This document shows, piece after piece, positions 7,405 through 16,484 of a DNA stretch of 64,000 bases (positions are counted from its first letter, which is position 1; each line of letters begins with the position of its first letter). The position numbers and the translations under genes were made by a program. A model generated the notes under the pieces. It was not told the origin of the DNA. It saw only the letters and a list, made by a program, of their open reading frames with translations, and did not search any database. Source of the stretch: Bacteroidales bacterium (GTDB taxonomy: Bacteria; Bacteroidota; Bacteroidia; Bacteroidales; PUMT01). The stretch spans positions 6,513 through 70,512 of the forward strand of contig SLKJ01000012.1 in NCBI GenBank assembly GCA_007134675.1. Direction: 5' to 3'.

Positions 7405-10251
7405 GTAACCGTCTCTCCTTCCCTTTTCCGTTGCGGGGATGCCATGCACCATCCATGAGGGCGGGGGACTGCCCTTGAGGTAATGGTCAAAAAACTGGTA
7501 CATCCTTACCGACAGGTCCATCATGTTGGGGCGCCTTCTCAGATTATGGCCCTCATCATTGTAACTGAGCATCCATACCGGCTGCCCAAGACGGCGAAGT
7601 GCCATGTAAAACTCAATGCCCTGGTACCAGGGCACGGCACCGTCCCTGTCATTGTGCATCATAAGAAGGGGTGTACTGACATTGTCGGCGAAGAAGATGG
7701 GTGAGTTCTCCAGGTAGCGGTGCGTCATCTTCCAGAGAGTACCACCAATACGGCTCTGCGTCTCCTCATACTGGTATATCCTGCTCAATCCGGTAGCCCA
7801 GCGTATTCCTCCGTAGGCGCTGATCATATTTGTTACCGGTGCCCCTGCCATGGCGGCCCTGAACAGGTCAGTCTGCGTTATCAGCCATGCTATCTGGTAA
7901 CCGGCCCAGCTCTGCCCCTGGATGCCGACATTGTGAGGGTCGATAAAGTCATGCTTCCCGATCATAGCCTTCGTACCGCTCACAATTGAATTGTACGCGC
8001 TTTGTCCGGGATAACCGACCGTATAGGGTATGTCAGGCACGAACACAACGTAATCGTTGCTGACGCAGTAGGAGATGTTGATGACTGAACGGCTGGGCGT
8101 GGGTACATAGTGTACATGAAGGTTATCTGACCCGCGCTCGTAGAAATAGACGATCATCGGATACTGCCTGCCTGGCTCCAGATGTTCGGGTGTATAGAGG
8201 ATACCCTGAAGTGAGTCGCCGGCGAACGATACCCATTCCACCTGTTGCGACCTGCCCCACCTGTACCTGCCCTGCTGCGGATTGGCACGGGAGATCTTTT
8301 CTGCTCTGCGGAAATTCATGTTGCTTACCCACAGGTCGGGAAACTCCCTGAAGGTGCTTCTTCGCCAGATGATAACATTAGCATCTGCTGCTTTCTGCGG
8401 GGGGAAATAACGTGCATCTTCCATCACGAGTTCTGAGGGGTTGCCGGGGCGGTGCATGCGCACGGTGTAAAAGCCGCTCTGCCTGGTGCAGGTATGAAAG
8501 GCTGAAAGCATTATCCTCTCACGTGCTCCGGGGCTCTTTCTTTCGGGGTCGGGGTTTATGTAACGGAACCGTATGTTGTTCGACCTTCCGTATCCGTTGG
8601 TGAGGTTTACCGGCTCTTCAATGCCTTCGGGATCGACTTTCCAGATATCGAAGCGGTCGTAGATAAGCACATACCTGTCTCCTTCTGTCCACGTACCCAC
8701 CCCATAGGGCCCGGGTGCGCCGGGCTGGTCATGCAGTTCGTTGTAAAGGGGCCGGGGTATGCCGGCCGTGATGTTCAGGCTGTTAACGCCGTCTGCGGCA
8801 GTCTTCCTGCTCCCGGTTCCCTCCGGGCCCTGATCATGATCGTTTAACCTGGCGGGCATGGTATGCCAGTTGCTGTCCGCCTGGCTGTACCACAGAAGGT
8901 ATTTCCCTTCCGGGGAAAGGCGGGCATCCCCAAGCTCGGAGCGGTGGGTTGAACCGCGGTGCTTCTCCAGCACCCTGGTGCGCTCGCCCGTGGTTATGTT
9001 AACAAGGTAGATGTCTGCATAGTTGCCCGATTCAAACGAGTTCTGTATCAGGTAAGGTACTGTTGAGGTGCCAAGAGCCACCCCTGAGTCGCCGCCCTGA
9101 AGGGTGGTAACTTCAGGCATTTCAGGGCAGGCCAGCTGTACCACTCTGTGTTCGTCTGCATAGTATACGGCCGTGTATGTCCTTCTCTGTTCACTGCGCA
9201 GCTCAACAAGCTGCTGTGGCTGGATAAGCGGATCGCGGTAGTGCCATATATCCAGCTTGTGCTTCTCCTCATCCAGAAGGGTGTCTTTGGGTTCGGGCAG
9301 TGGTTTTTCTGCCGCGCCGAAATAGAGCCTGTCGCTGTCATCTGCGAAAGAGATAGTGCCATGCTCACTTGCGCTCCAGCCTTCGCGCATACCCGGGGTC
9401 GTGGATGTGACTGCCGGGAATGCCGAGCGTGTACCCTCCAGCCAGTACCATAGTTCGTAAATTTTGGGGTTCCCCTGGCCCTCCCGGGCGAAGAGGAATG
9501 CTGCCCGGGACCCGTCGCTGTTGGTTATGAGCGGCCCTGCCTTGCCCTGAGCTTCAAATATCATTGTGGTTGTGCGGGTTATGGTGTTGAAAACCATTAC
9601 CGAGGAGTCGCTGCTGAAAATTACCAGTGTGCCGTTCCTGGAGAGGCTGTATTGATCTATGTTGGCGAATTCGTACTTTTCCCCGGTAACGGGATTAAAA
9701 ACCACCATGATTGTACCGGTAGTGTTCTCCTCCCCCTCATCCCTGGAACTGCCTGTTCTCCCCCGTCCCGGTGATGTCGTGCTTCCCTTGATAAGATATA
9801 CCATCCATGAAGATTCTTCTTTTGGTAATGCAAATGTTCCGGTTCTTCCCATCCTGCTGTTGGAGGCGTTGGCGAAAACATAAATACCCACCGAATCCTC
9901 AGGCATCTGTTCGGCACTGAGACCATCAACTTTGGCCTGGCGGGTAATAGCTTTCGGGGGACTGATATAGAAGGCCATGTAGTTGGAATTTGGTGAGAAT
10001 TCAGCCCTGGTGCCCCTGGAAATGGAGTCGAGAGAGTTGTTACGTATATCCTTCAGGTAAAGCCACCCATCACCATGCTGGGGATTGACTTCCCAGGTCA
10101 CCCATCTGCCGTCGGGTGATATCTGCGGCCTTAATAAACTGTTCCAGCTGTCATATACATCATGTGTCAGCGGGATCTTATCCGTTTGCAAGGCCGAAAG
10201 GGTTGCAAAGGCAAGGTTAAGGACCAGTATTGAGAGAATTTTCTTTTGCAT
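7390..10251 (-). CDS. Secreted S9 family (prolyl oligopeptidase-like) peptidase
   Basis: Signal peptide, beta-propeller (SPDG repeats), nucleophile GQSWAGY, Asp in NDRDGAVP, His in EGHNL. Confidence 0.93.
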   Translation of the reverse strand: MQKKILSILVLNLAFATLSALQTDKIPLTHDVYDSWNSLLRPQISPDGRWVTWEVNPQHGDGWLYLKDIRNNSLDSISRGTRAEFSPNSNYMAFYISPPKAITRQAKVDGLSAEQMPEDSVGIYVFANASNSRMGRTGTFALPKEESSWMVYLIKGSTTSPGRGRTGSSRDEGEENTTGTIMVVFNPVTGEKYEFANIDQYSLSRNGTLVIFSSDSSVMVFNTITRTTTMIFEAQGKAGPLITNSDGSRAAFLFAREGQGNPKIYELWYWLEGTRSAFPAVTSTTPGMREGWSASEHGTISFADDSDRLYFGAAEKPLPEPKDTLLDEEKHKLDIWHYRDPLIQPQQLVELRSEQRRTYTAVYYADEHRVVQLACPEMPEVTTLQGGDSGVALGTSTVPYLIQNSFESGNYADIYLVNITTGERTRVLEKHRGSTHRSELGDARLSPEGKYLLWYSQADSNWHTMPARLNDHDQGPEGTGSRKTAADGVNSLNITAGIPRPLYNELHDQPGAPGPYGVGTWTEGDRYVLIYDRFDIWKVDPEGIEEPVNLTNGYGRSNNIRFRYINPDPERKSPGARERIMLSAFHTCTRQSGFYTVRMHRPGNPSELVMEDARYFPPQKAADANVIIWRRSTFREFPDLWVSNMNFRRAEKISRANPQQGRYRWGRSQQVEWVSFAGDSLQGILYTPEHLEPGRQYPMIVYFYERGSDNLHVHYVPTPSRSVINISYCVSNDYVVFVPDIPYTVGYPGQSAYNSIVSGTKAMIGKHDFIDPHNVGIQGQSWAGYQIAWLITQTDLFRAAMAGAPVTNMISAYGGIRWATGLSRIYQYEETQSRIGGTLWKMTHRYLENSPIFFADNVSTPLLMMHNDRDGAVPWYQGIEFYMALRRLGQPVWMLSYNDEGHNLRRRPNMMDLSVRMYQFFDHYLKGSPPPSWMVHGIPATEKGRRDGYELEE

Positions 10252-10537
10252 CTGCCTGAATTATTTGCTGTTATATTTGATGCAGCTCGTGAGAACGGTG
10301 GTAAATTATGTCAGATCTTTTCAAAGTCTTAATCATTCCGAAAGATAATAAAACGAATCAGTTTTTGATCTATTATTGTCCCTTCAAAGGTCATACTACC
10401 GGCCGGGTTATTATATGAAAGACATGAATTATACATCAGGTTAACAATTCAAAGAGAACTGAATAGCGGATGTTTAATTGACGAAAGTCAAATTTTTTCA
10501 TCTTGTCTTTGTGTATTTTAGGCTGAAAAAATTCATG

Positions 10538-10545
10538 TATATTTG
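10538..10545 (+). promoter_or_regulatory. Bacteroidota primary-sigma -7 element
   Basis: TATATTTG matches TAnnTTTG, 35 nt before the DUF1080 start. Confidence 0.5.
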
Positions 10546-10580
10546 ACCTCGAATATTTTAACTAACAATATCAAATTATT

Positions 10581-11633
10581 ATGAGTTCAAATATTTTCAG
10601 ATTTTTACTGATAGCGGTACTTGTACCGCTTTTCTCCTGTCATGGTCAGGACGGCAGGTATTTACGGGCTGACAGCGATGCAGACATTAATGATTTTTTG
10701 GGTCACTGGACTATTGATGTAGATAGAGGTTCAGCAGTTGGCTGGCTGGCTGTAACACTGGAAGATGGATACATTGATGCCGAACTTCTCTGGCGGGGAG
10801 GCAGCGTATTGCCTGTCGCACACGTTTTTATGCCCGGTGATGGTATACTCCATGTTTCCCGGACATCCCCCCGCAGAAGAGCTCCGGCTGCAGAAGGCGA
10901 TGAGCCAAGGGTACATACGGTGACAAACTGGATGGAGGCCAGGACTGACGGTGAGAAGATATTCGGCTGGTTTCTTCAGCCCAGGGCAGCAGGTATAGGT
11001 TTAGATTCAACATGGTTTGAAGGTGTCAGGCTGCCTGATGTTCCTCCCGCCCCTGACCTTTCAGCCCTTGAGTTCGGCAATCCGGTCGAGCTGTTTAACG
11101 GGGTAGATCTCACCGGATGGGAACTGATTGAAAAAAATGCGGTTAACGGCTGGAAGGCAGTTAACGGGGTCCTTGTGAATGATGCACGGCAGACACCCGG
11201 CGAGCCCCGTATCCGCTACGGAAACCTTCGTACTGTTGAGGAGTTTGAGGATTTCAACCTCTCCCTCGAGGTCAATGTCCCTGAAGGCAGCAACTCGGGG
11301 GTCTATCTGAGGGGCATGTTTGAAGTACAGGTACTCGATTCTTACGGCAGTGAGCCAAGTGACCAAAATATGGGAGCGCTCTACAGCCGCATTACCCCTA
11401 TGGTTGCTGCAGAAAAGCCTGCCGGTGAGTGGCAGACAATGGATATGACTTTGGCGGACAGGCACCTGACGGTGGTGCTCAACGGAACAACGATAATTGA
11501 TAACCAGCCTGTCTACGGACCCACGGGAGGTGCCCTGCAACCGGATGTTTTTGCACCGGGTCCGGTTTTTTTACAGGGTGATCACGGACCGGTTTCGTTT
11601 CGGAATATGGTACTCAGACCTGTTGTCAGGTAA
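10581..11633 (+). CDS. DUF1080 (3-keto-disaccharide hydrolase-like) lipoprotein
   Basis: Lipobox LFSC; LFNGVDLTGW, NSGVYLRG, EVQVLDS, LQGDHG and FRN motifs. Confidence 0.88.
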   Translation: MSSNIFRFLLIAVLVPLFSCHGQDGRYLRADSDADINDFLGHWTIDVDRGSAVGWLAVTLEDGYIDAELLWRGGSVLPVAHVFMPGDGILHVSRTSPRRRAPAAEGDEPRVHTVTNWMEARTDGEKIFGWFLQPRAAGIGLDSTWFEGVRLPDVPPAPDLSALEFGNPVELFNGVDLTGWELIEKNAVNGWKAVNGVLVNDARQTPGEPRIRYGNLRTVEEFEDFNLSLEVNVPEGSNSGVYLRGMFEVQVLDSYGSEPSDQNMGALYSRITPMVAAEKPAGEWQTMDMTLADRHLTVVLNGTTIIDNQPVYGPTGGALQPDVFAPGPVFLQGDHGPVSFRNMVLRPVVR

Positions 11634-11673
11634 TAATTGAAAATTGGGCCCACAGAGAACTATCCAACAGAAT

Positions 11674-12546
11674 ATGTCTGATATGTATGTAATGGAAAAG
11701 GCTGAAATGGTCCGTTTGATGGATGTTGCATCCACAGCGGCAGTTGAAGCGGGAGCAGTCATCATGGAGGTTTATGCTGGTGATGATTTGGGCGTAAGGA
11801 AAAAGCCCGATGACTCTCCCGTTACAATGGCTGACCTGCGGGCTGATGCCATAATTGCAGAGAGGCTGGGTGAAACGGGCCTTCCTCTGCTCAGCGAAGA
11901 GGGCAGGTTTATACCTTTCGGCGAAAGGAAAGACTGGCGGATTTTCTGGCTTGTTGATCCGCTTGATGGTACCAAAGAGTTTATAAACCGCAACGGAGAG
12001 TTCACTGTGAACATCGCACTGGTACGGGATGGTAAGCCGGTGGCAGGAGTAGTGTATGCTCCGGAGATCGATGTTCTTTATACTGGTATGGTGGGTGTGG
12101 GTGCATGGAGGGTCGATGGAGCCTCCGGTCATGTTGGAATGCCCCTGCCCGAAAGTGCTGTTGCCCTTCCCTGCATCAGCAGAGATAGTTACGGAATTGC
12201 TGCCAGCCGCTCTTCCCCCGACGAGCTTACCAGCGCCTTTATTGAAGAATTCTGCAGAGTCTACAGAGATACCCGCATTATCATCCGGGGCAGTTCACTG
12301 AAGCTTTGTATGCTGGCCGAGGGGGAAGCGGACTTATATCCGAGGTTCAGGGACATTTCTGAATGGGACACCGCTGCGGGACATGCCATAGTGCTGGCCT
12401 CCGGCGGACGTGTTGTGGAGGCATTACGGACCGGCATGGAGCTTTCCTACAATAAGGAGCCCTGCCGCAACCCCTGGTTCATGGCTTTTCGTGATCAGGG
12501 ACTGCTGGAGGCGGTCAAAGGGCTGATCCCCTCAAGGCACCCGTAA
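11674..12546 (+). CDS. cysQ: 3'(2'),5'-bisphosphate nucleotidase CysQ
   Basis: SPVTMAD, LSEE, WLVDPLDGTKEF, GSSLK, EWDTAAG; start uncertain (11644/11674/11692). Confidence 0.92.
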   Translation: MSDMYVMEKAEMVRLMDVASTAAVEAGAVIMEVYAGDDLGVRKKPDDSPVTMADLRADAIIAERLGETGLPLLSEEGRFIPFGERKDWRIFWLVDPLDGTKEFINRNGEFTVNIALVRDGKPVAGVVYAPEIDVLYTGMVGVGAWRVDGASGHVGMPLPESAVALPCISRDSYGIAASRSSPDELTSAFIEEFCRVYRDTRIIIRGSSLKLCMLAEGEADLYPRFRDISEWDTAAGHAIVLASGGRVVEALRTGMELSYNKEPCRNPWFMAFRDQGLLEAVKGLIPSRHP

Positions 12547-12563
12547 GCTATTATATTTACCGT

Positions 12564-13655
12564 ATGCGCATATATGTTGATATAGCTCACCCTGCACATG
12601 CTCATGCACTCCGGTTTTTTGTAGTTGAGATGAAAGCGCGGGGGCATGAGATACTGGTCTCGGCACGCGACAAGGATATTACGCTCAACCTGCTCCACGC
12701 ATGGGGTATTTCCTGTATAAACAGGGGCAAGGGCAACACTGCTTCCGGCCCTTTTTACAAAACCACAGGGCCTTTAAAATGGTTGACAGGAATTGTCTCA
12801 CTATCGGGGAAATTTTTATCAATGTTGCGGGTTATCATAAAATTATTCCCTCTGGTAAAAAAGTTCAGCCCTGATCTTGTTATCAGCTATTCATCATATC
12901 ATGCAGCGCTGGCGGGGCAGCTGCTGGGCAGACCGGTGATAACCTTCGAGGATACCGAAAATGTGCCCCTGCTGCATATGGTTAACCGGTTTCTCTCTTT
13001 CCGGATGGTAACCCCCGTATGCTTTGAAAAAGACTTCGGGAAGAAGCATATCCGCTTTAACGGCTACAAGGAGCTTGCAAGCCTTTACCCCGCCCGGTTC
13101 AAACCTCTGCCTCTTCCTGAAGAATTTAAGGTGCCCTATATCGTTATGCGCCTTGTCTCCTGGAGCGCCTGGCATGACAGAGGCCACAAGGGGATCAGCG
13201 ACAGGATGAAAATTGCCGTCGCCGGGCGGCTGTCCACCTTCGGAAGGGTGTTTATCTCCTCGGAGGTCCCTCTTGAAGGGCCACTGAGAAAGTATGAAAT
13301 GAATATTGAAAGCAGGTTTGGCCATTCAGTACTAGCCGGTGCCCGGCTTTTTTTTGGCGAAAGTGCCTCAATGGCCGCCGAAGCTGCAGTGCTGGGGGTC
13401 CCGGCATTTTACATTGATAATGTCGGGAGGGGGTATACCAGAGACCTGGAGAGAGAGCACGGACTCCTTTTTAATTTCGGCGAAGATGACGCTGCAGTTG
13501 GGCTAGCTCTTGACAAAGCTGTCGCTCTGCTTCAGAAGCCTGATCTTCATAATGAATGGCAGCAGAAACGCACCAGGATGATGGAGGGAAAGACAGATGT
13601 CACGGCAATGATGGTGGAGATGGCAGAAAAGTTTGCCGCTGGCTTTAAAAGATGA
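12564..13655 (+). CDS. DUF354 family protein (GT-B-like, glycan-locus associated)
   Basis: DIAHPAHAH, ARDKD, GYKELA, GESASMAAEAAVLGVP. Confidence 0.85.
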   Translation: MRIYVDIAHPAHAHALRFFVVEMKARGHEILVSARDKDITLNLLHAWGISCINRGKGNTASGPFYKTTGPLKWLTGIVSLSGKFLSMLRVIIKLFPLVKKFSPDLVISYSSYHAALAGQLLGRPVITFEDTENVPLLHMVNRFLSFRMVTPVCFEKDFGKKHIRFNGYKELASLYPARFKPLPLPEEFKVPYIVMRLVSWSAWHDRGHKGISDRMKIAVAGRLSTFGRVFISSEVPLEGPLRKYEMNIESRFGHSVLAGARLFFGESASMAAEAAVLGVPAFYIDNVGRGYTRDLEREHGLLFNFGEDDAAVGLALDKAVALLQKPDLHNEWQQKRTRMMEGKTDVTAMMVEMAEKFAAGFKR

Positions 13656-13714
13656 CCCGGCTTACAGTTAATTTAAAATAATATATAGATTCAGGGTTTG
13701 GGTGATTCTAAAAC

Positions 13715-14848
13715 TCAATGCCTCTTCCTTACTATTTTCCGTACTCCAAGGTTCCGTCTGTACCAGTCCGGATCTCTGAGCCGGACCTTCACATAGAGCC
13801 TGTAATTTTTATCAAAGAGGCTGCGAACAGGTATACTCACGTAGAGCCGCCAGGCTCTAAGAAGACCATAAATGATCCTGCCTGTTCGGGGACTGTCCAT
13901 GGCGATCTTATGCCGCCGGAGATATGTGCTCCCTTTTCTGCTTATTTCCGGGGGTAAATCACTGTCAAGGCCGAATATGCGGTGAAGGAGGCACAGGTAG
14001 GCAGTGGCTTCTCGCCGGTAAGGGGAAAAGGTGGAGAGGATCTTTGCTGCATCTTCACGTTCCGAAAGCAGCATCAGGTCGTATAGATCCCTTAGTGAAG
14101 GACGTGCATGGTGGTGCCCCCAGTGGACAAGCTGGGAGTGGATAAAGTTAAGCCTTATCTTGTTTGCATCAGACATTACCATGTAACCGGGATTATCTGT
14201 TGCTGAACGGGTTTCACTGATGGCTGTCTTATAATTGAAGAGGTCTTCGTACTGAATATTTACGGGCATCCGGTGAATGTCAACAAACGCCGGAAGCCCC
14301 TCCTTTACAAGCTCGGGGAAATGTTTCATTGCCTTTTTACGCTTCGGGTCATATTGCTGCGCGCTGGTGAATCCATCGTCAATAAGCAGGCGGGCTGCTT
14401 CTTCCATATGTTCAGGGTCTGCAAGTATGTCAATGTCCAGCATCATCCTCTCCCCCGGGGAGGAGTAGAGCCCGTCAAGTATATTTCCCAGCCCTTTCAT
14501 GAAAACCGGTGTGATGTTATGTGATTTGAGAAGGTCGTTAATCCTGGAGGTATGGTCAAGAATTATATTGTTTCTCTCCAGATTCAATTCATAGAGTTCT
14601 TTGAGATGATCTGTAAGCTCAGCCGGCAGATAATCAGTCAGTTCGTTTTGTAAAAATTTAAGATAGAGTGCCTGCAGCACGTAGTTGTTGCTGCCGGTAA
14701 AGACAACCCCGTTCCAGTCCACTTCCCCTGATTCAATGATACTGATTATCTTTTCCCTGTCCTGCTGCAGTTCCTCCTCCCCTCTGGAAGCCCTGTGCCC
14801 CAAGGCCAGAACGCTGGCTATGAACTGGTATGTTTGGCTGGCATTCAA
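13715..14848 (-). CDS. Nucleotidyltransferase family protein (NTP_transf_5-like)
   Basis: MKG..LY..PGERMMLDIDIL, VDIH and LRDLYDL motifs; TTG start. Confidence 0.85.
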   Translation of the reverse strand: MNASQTYQFIASVLALGHRASRGEEELQQDREKIISIIESGEVDWNGVVFTGSNNYVLQALYLKFLQNELTDYLPAELTDHLKELYELNLERNNIILDHTSRINDLLKSHNITPVFMKGLGNILDGLYSSPGERMMLDIDILADPEHMEEAARLLIDDGFTSAQQYDPKRKKAMKHFPELVKEGLPAFVDIHRMPVNIQYEDLFNYKTAISETRSATDNPGYMVMSDANKIRLNFIHSQLVHWGHHHARPSLRDLYDLMLLSEREDAAKILSTFSPYRREATAYLCLLHRIFGLDSDLPPEISRKGSTYLRRHKIAMDSPRTGRIIYGLLRAWRLYVSIPVRSLFDKNYRLYVKVRLRDPDWYRRNLGVRKIVRKRH

Positions 14849-14906
14849 AATAATCGGCGATTACCCGTATCTTGTGTAAAGGTACAATATTTTGAGAATT
14901 TAAATC

Positions 14907-16304
14907 CTATTCAAGCAGATTGCGGATGACTTGCACCGCTTTGCGGCTGTCAGTATATTCAAGCCTGTGACAATCAAGCGTTGCGAACCAGTCTATGAAC
15001 CTCCGGGCATGGACCGGGTTTTGCGAAACCCATGCCTCTTCATGAAACGCTGCAAGTGCGCTGAGGGTGTCAAGTTTACTTAACCGGAAAGTTACGCCGG
15101 GATTGTACTTTATGAAAATTATGTTTTTAACAGGTTGGGCACCGTAAGGATTTTTTTCCGGAAGTCTCGGGCAGAGAAATCTCGCCTTGCTGCCGGCTGG
15201 TTCTATGTAATTGGCATCGGCATCGCGACTGGTATCATAGTAGTGTTTAATCGCATCGAAGGAGCCTTCCTTGACGTTAATGGCAGCCGGGAACGGGTAT
15301 GCCTTTGCGCTTTCTGCGGCTATGGCTGTAAAATCGTCCGACATGAAGAACAGATCGTTGCGGCTGCCGTATATTGATTTATCCGGCGGTAGCTGCAGCA
15401 AAGCTGTAATGGTGCTTTTCCCCGATCCGCTTGCCGAAGGCAGGAGTAACGCTTCCCTGCCGTTGGTCAGCGCTGAGGCATGGATAAATGACATCCATAC
15501 CTCTTCGGGAATCCCGTAAATATAGCTTGTGATAGTGGTATAGAGCCGGTGTTTCAATAAACCCGATTCTTCAAACCGGAAGCTCCGGGAGCTGCCCCCG
15601 GGGAGTGCTTCTGATTGCAGGTAGTAACATCTGGCATTAACGCTTCCGGTCTTTTTGCTGCCTGCTGCCTGACTGCCTTTAGCTTTACTTCCGGACTTTG
15701 TGCCGTCTGCTGCATTGCTGACTGCTGCATTGCTGACTGTTGCATTGCTGACTGTTGCATTGCTGTCTGTTCCTCCTTCACCTGTCTTCTTTGCAAAAAG
15801 TCTTATGCGAAGGTTTTCTTCTGCCGGCTTCCTGTGGGTTTCAAGGTGGGCAAAGGGGCGGTGTATGTAGAACTCCAGATATGGTGTCCCGTAGTCTATA
15901 GTGATATGCTTTTGGTTGATAAGGTAGTGCCGGGTAACATAGCGGCGATTGCCGGGCGTGAAAGTATGGTTATCCAAACCGGTGCATTCCGTTTCATGCT
16001 CCCTTCCCGGGTTAGAGCTCACGGAGGGGCTTACAGCAAGCTTTATGCCGTTTGTGACCTCTCTTAAGAACCGCAGCGCTTCTTTCTGAGGCAGTCCGTA
16101 TCTTCGGACAAGTTGATCCTTCAGGGACTGCTCATTCTGACCGTTTTCAATTCTTTTGTAAATGAACCAGGCCGGTTCTTTGAATTCCATCCAGCGGTTG
16201 CTCTCCGGAAACCAGATAACATGGCTGCTGCCTATCTTTTTTATGACCCTTTCCCCGGCTCTCTCTTTTATCATATCCGGAATATTAAGGGTAAAAATAT
16301 ACAT
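14907..16304 (-). CDS. PqqD/RRE-like domain fused to an HprK-related P-loop kinase
   Basis: N-terminal three-strand/three-helix RRE pattern (VIWF..WMEFKEPAWFIY..LVRRYGLPQKEALRFL); IHASAL, SGSGKST, MSDD; alternative start at 16274. Confidence 0.78.
   Translation of the reverse strand: MYIFTLNIPDMIKERAGERVIKKIGSSHVIWFPESNRWMEFKEPAWFIYKRIENGQNEQSLKDQLVRRYGLPQKEALRFLREVTNGIKLAVSPSVSSNPGREHETECTGLDNHTFTPGNRRYVTRHYLINQKHITIDYGTPYLEFYIHRPFAHLETHRKPAEENLRIRLFAKKTGEGGTDSNATVSNATVSNAAVSNAADGTKSGSKAKGSQAAGSKKTGSVNARCYYLQSEALPGGSSRSFRFEESGLLKHRLYTTITSYIYGIPEEVWMSFIHASALTNGREALLLPSASGSGKSTITALLQLPPDKSIYGSRNDLFFMSDDFTAIAAESAKAYPFPAAINVKEGSFDAIKHYYDTSRDADANYIEPAGSKARFLCPRLPEKNPYGAQPVKNIIFIKYNPGVTFRLSKLDTLSALAAFHEEAWVSQNPVHARRFIDWFATLDCHRLEYTDSRKAVQVIRNLLE
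15707..15770. repeat. In-frame 15-bp tandem repeat (about 4.3 copies, SNATV/SNAAV)
   Basis: CTG(C/T)TGCATTGCTGA units at 15707, 15722, 15737, 15752. Confidence 0.9.
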
Positions 16305-16484
16305 TAAATTTCAAATCAGGTTAATAATGTCTGAAACCAATTTTATTCTATTCCGTAAGATATCGAAGGTCGAATTATTTTTCCTGTCGGGGATATTCAT
16401 TATGTTGATAACATTGATAATAACTTTAGCTATGTTAATTGACATGGGGCCTGTTTTTTTCTTAGTTTTGAGTTACTATTAGAA

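Noticed and set aside
7390..10251. S9 peptidase as a lasso isopeptidase linked to the RRE-kinase
   Set aside because: It looks like the widespread secreted Bacteroidota S9 type, lies three genes away, and no lasso core genes are present
15554..16067. Repetitive ORFs MQQSAMQQSA... (minus) and Cys-rich CCIADCCIAD... (plus) as RiPP precursors
   Set aside because: Both are alternative readings of the 15-bp repeat lying wholly inside the kinase gene
16162..16482. Hydrophobic small ORF upstream of the sugar transferase
   Set aside because: It overlaps the kinase start and the AT-rich divergent promoter region; the composition is explained by T-richness and it has no recognisable motif
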